Assembly (NCBI GenBank): GCA_002269645.1
Contig: NIVC01000040.1
Span: forward strand, 744,001 to 808,000
Source: Macrostomum lignano
Taxonomy: Eukaryota
Length of the DNA: 64,000 bases
Reading direction: 5' to 3'
Part shown: positions 34,101 through 47,318 of the stretch, piece after piece
How positions within the stretch are numbered: the stretch's first letter is position 1
Layout: each line of letters starts with the position of its first letter
Made by a program: the position numbers and the translations under genes
The notes under the pieces: model-generated
The model's input: the letters and a program-made list of their open reading frames with translations, nothing else
Database searches by the model: none
What the model was told of the DNA's origin: nothing

Positions 34101-37100
34101 TATTTACAATTTATCGACTAAGTTTTTTAATTAAAAAATTGACAGTAAGCCAAGCTATGCTTCATCAGATTCACTGATGCTTATAGTTTTACAATTTCCC
34201 TAAACTTCACAGTCATCTAAGCTTCACAAATCCTCAAAGCTTCACAAATCCTCTAAGCTTCACAACTCCCTAAGCTTTACATACAATCCCCTAAGCTTCA
34301 CAAATCCCTAAGCTTCACAATCCCCTAAGCTTCACAAATCCCCTAAGCTTCACAACTCCCTAAGCTTCACAAATCCCTAAGCTTCACAAATCCCCTAAGC
34401 TTAACAACTCCCAAAGCTTCACAATCCCCTAAGCTTCACAAATCCCCTAAGCTTCACAAATCCCTAAGCTTCACAAATCCCCTAAGCTTCACAAATCCCC
34501 TAAGCTTCACAAATCCCCTAAGCTTCACAAATCCCCTAAGCTTCACAAATCCCTAAGCTTCACAATCCCCTAAGCTTCACAATCCCCTAAGCTTCACAAC
34601 TCCCTAAGCTTCACAATCCCCTAAGCTTCACAATCCCCTAAGCTTCACAACTCCCAAAGCTTCACAATCCCCTAAGCTTCACAAATCCCCTAAGCTTAAC
34701 AACTCCCAAAGCTTCACAATCCCCTAAGCTTCACAAATCCCCTAAGCTTCACAAATCCCCTAAGCTTCACAAATCCCTAAGCTTCACAATCCCCTAAGCT
34801 TCACAAATCCCCTAAGCTTCACAAATCCCCTAAGCTTCACAATCCCCTAAGCTTCACAAATCCCCTAAACTTCTCAATCCCTTAAGCTTCAGGATCCTCT
34901 AAGCAGGTCTCGATAATATACTCGTATTTCTTTAGACTTTACAAGCCTGTTTCCTGGAACAGCTATTTCCTAGAAAAAAAATAATTTTAATGACTTCGTA
35001 TGTGGAAATCATTTTCAGTCCAGCCAGTCCTTCATTCACGCTGGAGAGTCTGATGAACGATCTGAAGGACTTTCAGGTTAGATGCGCCGTATTTTACTCT
35101 TATTTATATTATTTGTTTACTTGTAAATTAAATAACGGATTTTAAGAACATTTAATAATCATAACCTACAAACTGTGTATGAACAGGAATTGTCCTTTTA
35201 CCTGAAGACTTTGGAGCTGGAAGTCCGTCTGAAATCTCAGAATTGTCTTCTATCTTTATATTTGTTTAAAACAAGTTTTCATCTTTGTTAAGTTAAAAAG
35301 TTCTTTTCTTAATCTTTAGCATGCAAATGTGTACTACTGTTAGTAGCCCAAGCCTTACAATGCTTAGTAAGTAGAACAGGGGTTGGCAAGCTCCGGACCG
35401 CAAAGCCTCTCTATCTGGGCCTCGGGTCCTTTGATACTCTACAATAGCAATCCGTCCGCGCAAGGTTTGTGTCTCTTCTCTTTGATTTCTCCTTTTCTCT
35501 CCTCTCCTCTCCTCTCCTCCTTTTCTCTCCTCTCCTCTCCTCTCCTCTCCTCTCCTCTCCTCTCCTCTCCTCTCCTCTCCTCTCCTCTCCTCTCCTCGTC
35601 TCTCCTCTCCTCGTCTCTCCTCTCCTCGTCTCTCCTCTCCTCGTCTCTCCTCTCCTTTTCTCTCCTCTCCTCTCCTTTTCTCTCCTCTTCTCTCCTCTCC
35701 TCCTCTCCTCTCCTCTCCTCTCCTCGTCTCTCCTCTCCTCGTCTCTCCTCTCCTTTTCTCTCCTCTCCTCTCCTTTTCTCTCCTCTCCTCTCCTTTTCTC
35801 TCCTCTCCTCTCCTCTCCTCTCCTCTCCTCTCCTCCTCTCCTCTCCTCTCCTCCTCTCCTCTCTCCTCTCTTCTAATCTCCTCGCCTCTCATCTCCTCTC
35901 CTTTTATTTCCTCTCCTCTCTTCTCCTCTCCTCTCCTCTCTCCTCTCCTCTAATCTCCTCGCCTCTCATCTCCTCTCCTTTTATTTCCTCTCCTCTCCTC
36001 TCCTCTCCTCTCCTCCTCTCCTCTCTCCTCTCCTCTAATCTCCTCGCCTCTCATCTCCTCTCCTTTTATTTCCTCTCCTCTCCTCTCTTCTCCTCTCCTC
36101 TCGCCTCTCCTCTCCTCGCCTCTCCTCTCCCCTCCTCGCCTCTCATCTCGTCTGTCCTCTCCTCGCCTCTCCTCTCCCCTCCTCGCCTCTCATCTCGCCT
36201 CTCCTCTCCTCGCCTCTCCTCTCCCCTCCTCGCCTCTCATCTCGCCTGTCCTCTCCTCGCCTCTCCTCTCCCCTCCTCGCCTCTCATCTCGCCTCTCCTC
36301 TCCTCGCCTCTCCTCTCCTCTCCCCTCCTCGCCTCTCATCTCGCTTCTTCTCTCCTCGTCTCTCCTCTCCCCTCCTCGTCTCTCCTCTCCTTTTCTCTCC
36401 TCTCCTTTTCTCGATCTCCTCTCCTCTCCTCGCCTCTCCTTGCCTCTCACTTCTCTTTCTCCTCTCCTCCCCTCTCGTCTCCTCTCTTCTCCTTTATCCC
36501 CTCGCCTCTCCTTTCTCATATCTCTCCATCTGGCTCTTGTTGTAAAAAAGTGTGCCGACCCCTGAAGCAGAGAAGAGTGGTGACACATGTTCAATGTTCA
36601 GTTCGCATGAAATTTCTGTTGATAAACGTTCTCTTTCACACTTAAATGGTTTAGAAATCTTTCCTTGTGCACTACTTGTCAAGCATATATAGCGGGATAT
36701 GCAATTCTAATTATAAAATCAAAACTGTCACCGCAGTTGGAGCACGAGCTGGCTTTGAGTCGGCTGTCTGCTCATCAGAGAACCCTGGCATCCCAGTCTC
36801 AGCAGGGGGCGCCGGCTTCATCCCAGTCTCCTCGACCGCCGTCCACTAGACAGGCGATTTCGCCATCAGCCATGAATCACAGTCCGAGTGGCGGAGTTGG
36901 GCAGACATCTGGCACAGTGTGCGCTGCTTGTGGCGAACAGATTCACGGACAGGTTGGTGATAGTGCAGATTGACGATATTTTGCGGTCTAGTATGAGTGA
37001 GAAAATGTGTTTATTTATAGCCTATGAGTGTGTTTATGTGTTTATATAAGTTCACGGGTATGTTTGTGTTTATTTGGAGCCCGTAGGTGTTTAAATGTTT

Positions 37101-40100
37101 ATTGAAGTTTTTGAGTGTGTTTATGTGTTTATATTAGCCAATGGGTGTGTTTGTGTGTTTATTGAAGTATATAAGTGTGTTTATGTGTTTATATAAAAAC
37201 CCATGGGCGTGTTTATGTGTTTATATAAAAACCCATGGGCGTGTTTATGTGTTTATATAAGCCCACGGGTGTTTTATGTGTTTATTTGGAGCCCATGGAT
37301 GTGTTTCTTTTCTTATTTATAGCCTATGACTATGAGTGTGTTTATGTCGGCCCATGGGTGTCAGGGTGTGTTTATGTGTTTATTAGAGCCTATAAGTAAG
37401 TTTGTGTTTATTGGAGCCTATGAGTGTGTCATGAATCAATAAATATATGAATGCATAGGCAAATAAATCAGTGCGTTTATATATACGAGTCTATGAAATA
37501 TGATTGTTTTTATTATAACGTCTATAGATTTGAATTCATAGTGTGTTTAGTTGTTTACATTCGCAACCGGCTGCTCCCAGATGGTGCAAGCGCTCGGTCG
37601 GGCCTGGCACCTGCATCATTTCGTGTGCGCCGGCGGCTGCGGCTCCCAGCTCAGCCAGCAGACATTCTATGAAGTATCAAATTCTCCCTACTGTGAGCCC
37701 TGCTATCAGTTGGAATTCTCGCCGAAATGCGCCCAATGCGACGGCGCCATCTTGGACAGGTGTCTGACTGCCCTAGGCCGGCGCTGGCATCCCGAGCACT
37801 TCTTCTGCCAGATGTGCACCGCGCCGTTTAGCGAGACCTCCGGTTTTCACGAGAAAGACGGCCGGCCCTATTGCCTAGACTGCTACAGCGATCAGTTTGC
37901 GCCGAAATGCCGGGGCTGCACTGCTCCCATTACTGCTAATTATGTCACCGCCATGGCCAGCATGTGGCATCCTGAGTGCTTTGTGTGTCAGGTGAGTCAC
38001 TGTGTCTTTGTTACTGAGTCTTTGTCACTGAGTCTTTGTCACTGTGTCTCTGTCACTGTGTCTGTCACTGAGTCTTTGTCAATGTGTCTTTGTTACTGTG
38101 TCTTTGATACTGTGTCTGTCACTGTCTTGTCATTGTGTCTTTCACTGTGTCTTTGTCAATGTGTCTTTGTCAATGTGTCTTTGTTACTGTGTCTTTGATA
38201 CTGTGTCTGTCACTGTCTTGTCATTGTGTCTTTCATTGTGTCTTTCACTGTGTCTTTCACTGTGTCTTTGTTACTGTGTCTGTAACTGTCTTGTCATTGT
38301 GTCTTTCACTGTGTCTTTCACTGTGTCTTTGTTACTGTGTCTGTCACTGTCTTGTCATTGTGTCTTTCATTGTGTCTTTCACTGTGTCTTTCACTGTGTC
38401 TTTCACTGTGTCTTTGTTACTGTGTCTGTAACTGTCTTGTCATTGTGTCTTTCACTGTGTCTTAGTTACTGTGTCTTTTTACTGTGTCTTTTGTTATTGT
38501 CTTTGTCACTGTGTCTTTGTCACTGTGTCTTTGTCACTGTGTCTTTGTTACTGTGTCTTTTGTTATTGTCTTTGTCACTGTGTCTTTGTTACTGTCTTTG
38601 TTACTGCTTCTTTGTTGCTGTGTCTTTGTTACTACGTCTGTCACTGTCTTGTCATTGTGTCTTTCACTGTGTCTTAGTTACTGTCTTTGTTACTGTCTTC
38701 ATCACAGTGTCTTCGCTGCAGTGTCAGTCACGCTGTCCTGATGATAGTCACTAGGTGATTGGTGATGCAAGGAGCTAGATTATCAGTGGTGCAGGAAGCT
38801 AGATTATCAGTGGTGCAGGGAGCTAGATTATCAGTGGTGCAGGGAGCTAGATTATCAGTGGTGCAGGGAGCTAGATTATCAGTGAGTGGTGCAGGGAGCT
38901 AGATTATCAGTGGTGCAGGGAGCTAGATTATCAGTGGTGCAGGGAGCTAGATTATCAGTGGTGCAGGGAGCTAGATTATCAGTGGTGCAGGGAGCTAGAT
39001 TATCAGTGGTGCAGGGAGCTAGATTATCAGTAGTGCAGGGAGCTAGATTATCAGTGTTGCAGGGAGCTAGATAATCAGTGGTGCAGGGAGCTAGATTATC
39101 AGTGTTGCAGGGAGCTAGATTATCAGTAGTGCAGGGAGCTAGATTATCAGTGGTGCAGGGAGCTAGATTATCAGTGGTGCAGGGAGCTAGATTATCAGTG
39201 GTGCAGGGAGCTAGATTATCAGTGTTGCAGGGAGCTAGATTATCAGTGGTGCAGGGAGCTAGATTATCAGTGGTGCAGGGAGCTAGATTATCAGTGGTGC
39301 AGGGAGCTAGATTATCGGTGGTGCAGGGAGCTAGATGATTAGTGGTGCAGGGAGCTAGATGATTAGTGGTGCAGGGAGCGAGTGATACAAGCAGTAGAAT
39401 CTTAATTTATGATAAAACTAGCAAAAATGTTGCAGAAAAAAAGTGACTTTATATCGTGAACTTAAGTACAGACTCGGAAGCCTAATCCTCAAGTTCAGAC
39501 GGTCTCGTGCCAGAGATGCCTCAGTATACGAGGCTGGAGACTCGTCGCCACAGTGCACTGAGATAATGAGATTGCTAAGTCCCGGCCTAGCTTAGGAATT
39601 CCACACCGAGTCTCGTGAGCTGGAATAATTTACTTTTTTATGCGCGACCCCGGCGACCTCAGATATTCGAGTTTTGGCTGAAAAGTTATCTCAAGTCATA
39701 CCGCTTTGCTCATGGATGCTTTGTCGTTTGCTGACTTGGCTAAGTTAACACAGCCCCCTACCCACTCTACTGAGCCAGCATCCGCTCCCTCCCCACTCGA
39801 CCGAACCAGCATCCGCTCCCTCCCGACTCTACTGAGCCAGCATCCGCTCCCTACCCTTTCTGCCGATTTAGCATCCGCTCCCTCCCCACTCTACCAAGCC
39901 AGTATCCGCTCCCTACCCACTCTGCCGAACCAGCATCCGCTCCCTCCCCACTCTACCAAGCCAGTATCCGCTCCCTACCCACTCTGGCGTGCCAGCATCC
40001 GCTCCCTCCCACTTTATCAAACCAGCATCCGCTCCCTCCCCACTCTACCAAGCCAGTATCCGCTCCCTACCCTTTCTGCCGATTTAGCATCCGCTCCCTC

Positions 40101-42418
40101 CCCACTCTACCAAGCCAGTATCCGCTCCCTACCCACTCTGCCGAACCAGCATCCGCTCCCTCCCCACTCTACCAAGCCAGTATCCGCTCCCTACCCACTC
40201 TGGCGTGCCAGCATCCGCTCCCTCCCACTTTATCAAACCAGCATCCGCTCCCTCCCCACTCTATCAAACCCTCCCCACTCTACTGAGCCAGCATCCGCTC
40301 CCTCCCCACTCTACTGAGCCAGCATCCGCTCCCTCCCACTCTATCAAACCAGCATCCGCTCCCTCCCCACTCTGCCGAGCCAGCATCCGCTCCCTCCCCA
40401 CTCTGCCGAGCCAGCATCCGCTCCCTCCCCACTCTATCAAACCCTCCCCACTCTACTGAGCCAGCATCCGCTCCTTCCCCACTCTATCTAACCAGCATCC
40501 GCTCCTTCCCCACTCTAGCTAACCAGCATCCGCTCCCTCCCCACTCTACTGAGCCAGCATCCACTCCCTCCCCACTCTACTGAACTAGCATCCGCTCCCT
40601 ACCGACTCTGCCAAGTTAGCACCCGCTCCCTCCCCACTATCAAACCACCAGCATCTGCTCCATCCCTACTCTACCAAGCCAGTATCCGCTCCCTCCCCAC
40701 TCTACCGAACCAGCATCCGCTCCCTACCTTCAATACAGGACTGCGGTCGCGACCTTGGCGGCGGCAACTTTTACGACCTGTCTGGGCAGCCGTACTGCGA
40801 GCAGCATTACCATACCAGGCGGGGCACCCTGTGCGTGGCCTGCGAAAGAGCCATCACCAGCCGCTGCATCACCGCTATGGGGCGCAAATTTCATCCGGAA
40901 TGCTTCAAGTGCGCCTTCTGCAACAAGCAGCTGGGCCAGGGAACTTTTAAGGTAATTCTTTCTTAACAGTGAGTTTGTGTGTGTTTATGTACAAATGCAC
41001 GACATGGTGTACAAATGCGGTACAGAGTGTACAAATGCACTACAGTGTGTAAAAATACACTACAGGGTGTACAAATGCAGTACAGGTTGTACAAATGCAG
41101 TACAGGTTGTACAAATGCACTACTGAGTGTACAAATGCACTACAGGTGTAAAAATGCACTACAGGGTTTACAAATGCAGTACAGGTTGTACAAATGCAGT
41201 ACAGGTTGTACAAATGCACTACTGAGTGTACAAATGCACTACAGGTGTAAAAATGCACTACAGGGTTTACAAATGCAGTACAGGTTGTACAAATGCAGTA
41301 CAGGGTGTACAAATGCACTACAGAGTGTACAAATGCACTACAGTGTGTAAAAATACACTACAGGGTGTACAAATACACTACAGGGTGTACAAATACACTA
41401 CAGGGTGTAAAAATGCACTACAGGGTTTACAAATGCAGTACAGGTTGTACAAATGCAGTACAGGTTGTACAAATGCACTACTGAGTGTACAAATGCACTA
41501 CAGGTGTAAAAATGCACTACAGGGTTTACAAATGCAGTACAGGTTGTACAAATGCAGTACAGGGTGTACAAATGCACTACAGAGTGTACAAATGCAGTAC
41601 AGGGTTTACAAATGCACTACAGGTTGTACAAATGCACTACAGTGTGTAAAAATGCAGTACAGGGTGTACAAATTCAGTTCAGGGTGTACAAATGCAGTAC
41701 AGGGTGTACAAATTCAGTTCAGGGTGTACAAATGCAGTACAGGGTGTACAAATTCACTACAGGGTGTAAAAATACACTACAGGGTGTACAAATGCAGTTT
41801 AGGGTTTACAAATGCAATGCAGTTCAGGGTGTACAAATGCAGTGCAGGGTGTACAAATGCAGTTCAGAGTGTACAAATGCAGTTCAGGGTTTACAAATGC
41901 AGTTCAGGGTGTACAAATGCAGTACAGGGTGTACAAATTCACTACAGGGTGTACAAATGCAGTACAGGGTGTACAAATACACTACAGCGTGTACAAATTT
42001 GTACAGGGTCTACAAATACACTACAGGGTGTACGAATGCAGTTCAGGGTGTACAAATGCAGTACAGGGTGTACAAATACACTACAGGGTGTACAAATGCA
42101 GTACAGGGTCTACAAATACACTACAGAGTGTACGAATGCAGTTCAGGGTGTACAAATGCTGTGCAGCCTATTCCAAGCACCATTGTGAAGAACTGCCATT
42201 GTTTATTGCCAGCCAAGCAATTTCTCTCTTATGTTGTGCCGTAACTGCTGATCTGTGCGTTTTGTTGCATCTCACAATATGCTGTATTTTGTCGCTGCTT
42301 CTGACATTATTCTCCAAGGTAACTAACTGTGTACTACACCCACACTCCGCTATTGCAGGAAAAAGAGAGCAAGCCCTATTGCAGCGACTGCTACGGGAAA
42401 TTGTTTAGCAAAAAGTGA
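31185..42418 (+). CDS. PXN: Paxillin-family adaptor (LD motifs plus 4 LIM domains), 9 exons, 395 aa
   Basis: join(31185-31197, 33242-33324, 33566-33662, 33984-34020, 35019-35076, 36737-36952, 37581-37991, 40739-40951, 42359-42418) = 1188 nt, phase-consistent. LD-like [22 protein letters not shown] and [12 protein letters not shown]; four complete LIM domains. Confidence 0.9.
32269..33055. mobile_element. MITE with 17-bp perfect TIRs flanked by TATA, in paxillin intron 1
   Basis: ggctcattccatataag at 32269 and cttatatggaatgagcc ending at 33055; tata on both flanks. Confidence 0.75.
34210..34880. repeat. ~17-18 bp minisatellite (cccctaagcttcacaaat)
   Basis: Tandem units in paxillin intron 4. 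Confidence 0.92.
35490..36520. repeat. (CTCTC)n-type polypyrimidine tract, ~1 kb
   Basis: Almost pure C/T on the plus strand, in paxillin intron 5. Confidence 0.95.
37000..37440. repeat. Degenerate gtgtttat-rich tandem repeat
   Basis: Paxillin intron 6. Confidence 0.75.
37995..38730. repeat. ~12-bp repeat (cactgtgtcttt) starting inside the exon 7 donor
   Basis: gtgagtcactgtgtctttg continues directly into the array. Confidence 0.9.
38765..39380. repeat. 24-bp minisatellite (gggagctagattatcagtggtgca)
   Basis: Near-identical tandem units. Confidence 0.93.
39750..40730 (+). repeat. ~30-33 bp minisatellite (ccagcatccgctccctacccactct...)
   Basis: Tandem units ending at the exon 8 acceptor. Confidence 0.9.
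40985..42160. repeat. ~20-bp minisatellite (gtacaaatgcagtacagggt)
   Basis: Paxillin intron 8. Confidence 0.92.
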
Positions 42419-42589
42419 ACCAATATTCAATATTCAACATTCTATGCTTTGCTTTGGTAATAAATAATGACACTTTTCCATTAGTATATCATCTGTGTGT
42501 AGATTTGCCGGAAATTTAGCATATTCCTTATCGTCGCCTTTCTGTAAGTTTCCTTGCTTTTTAAACATTTATAGATTCTAAACTACTAG

Positions 42590-43290
42590 TGCGGTAGAGT
42601 GGGTAGGGAGCGGATGCTGGGCACTGTACAGAGTGGGTAGGGAGCGGATGCTGGGCACTGTACAGAGTGGGTAGGGAGCGGATGTTGCGCACAGCACAGA
42701 GTAGGTAGGGAGCGGATGCTGAGCACAGTACAGAGTGGGTAGGGGGCGGATGTTGGGCACAGCACAGAATGGGTAGGGAGCGGATGCTGAGCACTGTACA
42801 GAGTGGGTAGGGGGCGGATGTTGGGCACAACACAGAGTGGGTAGGGAGCGGATGCTGAGCACTGTACAGAGTGGGTAGGGGGCGGATGTTGGGCACTGTA
42901 CAGAGTGGGTAGGGAGCGGATGTTGGGCACAGCACAGAGTGGGTAGGGAGCGGATCCTGGCACAACACAGAGTGGGTAGGGAGCAGATGCTGGCACAGCA
43001 CAGAGTGGGTAGGGAGCGGATGCTGGCACAGCACAGAGTGGGTAGGGAGCGGATGCTGGCACAGCACAGAGTGGGTAGGGAGCGGATGCTGGCACAGCAC
43101 AGAGTGGGTAGGGAGCGGATGCTGGCACAGCACAGTGGGTAGGGAGCGGATGCTGGCACAACACAGAGTGGGTAGGGAGCGGATGCTGGCACAACACAGT
43201 GGGTAGGGAGCGGATGCTGGCACAGCACAGTGGGTAGGGAGCGGATGCTGGCACAGTACAGAGTGGGCAGGGAGCGGATGCTGGCACGGC
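42590..43290 (-). repeat. Inverted array of the 39.7-40.7 kb minisatellite family
   Basis: Unit agagtgggtagggagcggatgctgg is the reverse complement of ccagcatccgctccctacccactct. Confidence 0.9.
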
Positions 43291-43779
43291 ACAGATTTAG
43301 GAGGCAGCACTATTAATTTAACGACTCAGAAACATTTTGATTTCATCTATTCTGCCAATTGTTCTTGACACGCACTCAGTTTTTTAAGGTAGCGTAATGA
43401 CTTTCGACAGTAATTAAATCACCTGATACTTCATGGAGGTAATTTTTCGTTAAAGCAGCTTCTCATTGTGAAGAAGTATGTCAACTTGACTAAATTTCAA
43501 CTGACAGAGCCGGAAGCGAACGATAATCTGTCTTTTTCTGGCATTGAAATTTTAACTTTTGTGTCCTTTTATGGTCGCTAAATATGAAAATCAAGCATAT
43601 CAATAAATTTTGTATCGTCTTTGTATCAATCTGCAGATTCATTTTTACAGTTTGCTGTTTTTTTAACTGCGTCTGTTTTGGCATTGTTTCTACTGTTATT
43701 TATTTCAATGTTAACAGACAGGCTAATCAGTTCAATCAGTGCGTGAAATCCAGCATTTCATTCGGTACAGGCTTGGCAG

Positions 43780-43811
43780 AATGACAGACAGACTGACTGA
43801 CAGACTGACTT

Positions 43812-43850
<39 letters not shown>

Positions 43851-43876
43851 TGACAGACTGACTGACAGACTGACTT

Positions 43877-43924
<48 letters not shown>

Positions 43925-44029
43925 CACAGACAGACAGACAGACACACAGACAGATAGACAGACACACAGACAGACACACAGACAGACACACAGACAGACA
44001 GACAGACAGACAGACACACAGACAGACAC

Positions 44030-44060
<31 letters not shown>

Positions 44061-44100
44061 CACAGACAGACACACAGACAGACAGACAGACAGATCGAGA
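43780..44100. repeat. (GACA)n microsatellite
   Basis: Seen directly. Confidence 0.95.
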
Positions 44101-44649
44101 GAGAAACTGGCAGGCAGGCGTGCACTCCGGCATCAGTTTGGCTCTAATTCGAAGCAGAGAAAGAGCAGTCTGCACTCTGCAGTATGCAAATGGTGTCACA
44201 GCAAGTGCTCTCATCTCCCTATACCGTATGTTGTCAACTTATTATCGTGGCAAATGCGAAATTCTGTTAAACCCTCCAGATCGCAGACTTCTCTTTGCTT
44301 TACTTGGTGCCCTCTAGTCTTATCAGTTTGCGGACTTTCTCTCCATGGGGCTTGCCGAGGTTGCTAATTAATTATGGGCCAAGCTAATTATGGGAACAGG
44401 ACCCTGCAGTAGCGTCTTTTCGCTGCCAAGTCCCCTAGCGGTCTCCTACTGTCTCTCTCTCTAATCCCTACATTCTCCATCCACCCCGTGATCGGATCGG
44501 TGTTAATCCTCTAGAGACTTTAGAGAAAGAGAGAAGCATTGATGAAGCTGCTGGGATGCTGAGAACAGACTGGCAGCTGTGAGATGCTCATCTGTAGGCA
44601 CAGTTTCTAATTTAGATTGTGATCGACCTAGTTAATTTCTCAAGTTGCC

Positions 44650-45225
44650 TCTGAGATTTATGGGCTAGTATGTTGTCTATGAGCTAGTGCGTATGCTGTC
44701 TATGGGCTGGTGTCTATATGCTGTCTATTGACTGGTGTTTATGCTGTCTATGGGCTGGTGTTTAGCTCGTATATGCAGTCTATGGGCTGGTGTTTATATG
44801 CTATCTATGGGCTGGTGTTTATATGCTGTCTATGGGCTGGTGTTTAGCTCGTATATGCTGTCTATGGGCTGGTGCTTATGCTGTCTATGGGCTGGTGCTT
44901 ATGCTGTCTATGGGCTGGTGCTTATGCTGTCTATGGGCTGGTGCTTATGCTGTTTATGGGCTGGTGTTTAGCTCGTATATGCTGTCTATGGGCTGGTGTT
45001 TATGCTGTCTATGGGCTGGTGTTTATATGCTGTCTATGGGCTGGTGCTTATGCTGTCTATGGGCTGGTGTTTATATGCTGTCTATGGGCTGGTGCTTATG
45101 CTGTCTATGGGCTGGTGTTTATATGCTGTCTATGGGCTGGTGCTTATGCTGTCTATGGGCTGGTGCTTATATGCTGTCTATGGGCTGGTGTTTAAATGCT
45201 GTCTATGGGCTGGTGTTTATATGCT
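44650..45225. repeat. ~23-25 bp minisatellite (gctgtctatgggctggtgcttat)
   Basis: Tandem units. Confidence 0.92.
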
Positions 45226-45674
45226 GTCAAAGCCAAAACCACCGAGAGCTTTTCTTAAAAAGAATATTTTGACACTCAAAAAAATAGCAGAATTTTCTCT
45301 ACGCGTCTAAAGCACACCAATTGGGCGTTTTTAAGATGATGCAGGAAATCGAGAAAATTAATTTTCAACAATTTTTTTGATTAAAATTAATCAACCCCTT
45401 GATAACTAGAAGCTGCAGCTGAGCTCTCGGTGTCTGTCAGATTCATCTGCGAATTGCGCTGAACCAAGTGCTGGTGCTGACGCAAATGCGAAATCAGATT
45501 GCTTGTCCTGAGGGATAAAAAACTGCTAGCGGGCTGAAGCTCCGTGAGCGCTACTTAGTGGGAGAAAATCCCTTTTCGGGTAAGGAATAGCAGGCGTCTG
45601 AAATGCTGCGCAGGTGGCACAAAATGCGATTCTGCTGATGCAATTCCAGGGCTTGAGACGGGAGCTCTCATGCA

Positions 45675-45840
45675 CTGTCTGTCTGTCGGTCTGTCTGCCT
45701 GCCTGTCTGTCTGTCTTTCTGTCTGTCTGCCTGCCTGCCTGCCTGTCTGTCTGTCTTTCTGTCTGTCTGCCTGTCTGTCTGTCTGTCTGCCTGCCAGCCT
45801 GTCTGTCTGTCTGTGTGTCTGCCTGTTTTTGTGTCTGTCC

Positions 45841-45919
<79 letters not shown>

Positions 45920-45971
45920 GCCTGCCTGCCTGTCTGTCTGTCTGTGTGTCTGCCTGTTTTTGTGTCTGTCC

Positions 45972-46010
<39 letters not shown>
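45675..46010. repeat. (TCTG)n microsatellite
   Basis: Seen directly. Confidence 0.95.
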
Positions 46011-46015
<5 letters not shown>

Positions 46016-46493
46016 TTTAAGTTTTCCAAAACGCAGAATTCAATTTTTATCGGTTTGCACCGAACGAAGCATTGGATTTCATACACTGGTTAAACTGATG
46101 GATCAGGTGAAGATGCGGCAAGTCAGCATTGAATTGGATCGCGGATTTCGTGATGGCGAGTAGCTTCACTCGCTGCCTGTTTGCAATGTCTTGTAACAAA
46201 AACAATTAAAAGAGAAAAGTGCAAGCAGTTTGCTGGCGAGCCTACGAATATATCAATTTACAATCGCGAGAATACGGGAGCTGGTTAAATTGAGGAATTT
46301 CAATCGGAGCAGCAATAAGGATGTGGGTTGGCGGAGAACTCAGGAAATGGGAATAAACCAGAGAAGTCCCAGTTAACGGTCGCCGCAAGCAGCCTCCTTC
46401 CTCTTTGAGCCGCCGCCGCCGTAGGTGTCCAGTTTCTGTTTTTTTTCTTTGCTTTGCTCTTTCTCTCTTCATTTCTGTTTCTGTCTCCGGTTC

Positions 46494-46686
46494 TCACTGG
46501 AGCAGCAGACTGTCTTCTTGCTCTCCCGTGCCCACAGATTTCTCCTGTTGCAGAAGCAGCAGAATTTGCTGTTGCTGCTGCTGCTCCCGGCAACCGGAGA
46601 TGTTCGGGTCGGAGCGGTAGCAAAACACTGAGCCGCAGAGCAGAGCGGAAGAGTCTGACGCACTGCTGGGTGCTGCGGCACAATTT

Positions 46687-46730
<44 letters not shown>

Positions 46731-47318
46731 CTGCGCCGCCTGACTGGAGGCACAGTACTGCGAGCTCAGACGGCAGTTCTCAAGTCTGCTTCCTCCGTCA
46801 TTGGCGTCGACAAGAACGCAGGACTCTCGTTCGGATTCGTTCTCATTGTCGTCATCGGAGGCGGCTTCAATGATGCGGATTGGCACCGGGCACTGCATAG
46901 CCGTTTGCAGGGTTGCCGTGACTACTGGCTTGTGAACCGCCAGCGCTGGCGTTCTGACAGCAGGCTCCTGCCGCGGCGGCGGCGGCGGCTTAGGCGCTTC
47001 AGCTGAAACTGCCGACTGACCTGTCAACCACGTCGCCAGCCTTGACCATCGAATTCGCCTCAGCAGCTGACAGCATCCGGTCCCTCCAGTGACTAGCGGC
47101 AGCAGCATGCTGCAGATCATGAGGAACAGGACGCAGCTGAGCACTGTTACCAACACGTTGAGCACAGTGCTATTGTTGGCAGGAGATTTCGACGACTGGT
47201 TCGCCACCGACCTGCTGTTCGTGGCGTTTTTGTTCGAGTTTACATGCAGCTGTGGCTCGCCGTGTTGCAGCAGCTGGGCTTTGACCAGGCCGAACAGCAG
47301 GAACATAATAAAGTGCAT
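46494..47318 (-). CDS. Orphan type I single-pass membrane protein, ~274 aa
   Basis: First ATG at 47318: signal-like MHFIMFLLFGLVKA, short ectodomain with N-glycosylation sequons (NAT, NQS, NNS/NST), TM VLNVLVTVLSCVLFLMICSMLLPLV, juxtamembrane CC, PKPPPPPR and polyQ. Confidence 0.65.

Noticed and set aside
34210-34880. CCCTAA in every unit, suggesting interstitial telomere
   Set aside because: Only one hexamer per unit, never tandem.
35293-36645. Long ORFs (420, 199 and 135 aa)
   Set aside because: Translations of a (CTCTC)n tract inside a paxillin intron.
38044-45310. Many Cys-rich or periodic ORFs
   Set aside because: They arise from stop-free minisatellite and microsatellite frames.
43584-46163. 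Short unique islands with small ORFs (43584-43784, 44120-44317, ~46037-46163) as exons
   Set aside because: No consistent phases or recognisable protein could be assembled.
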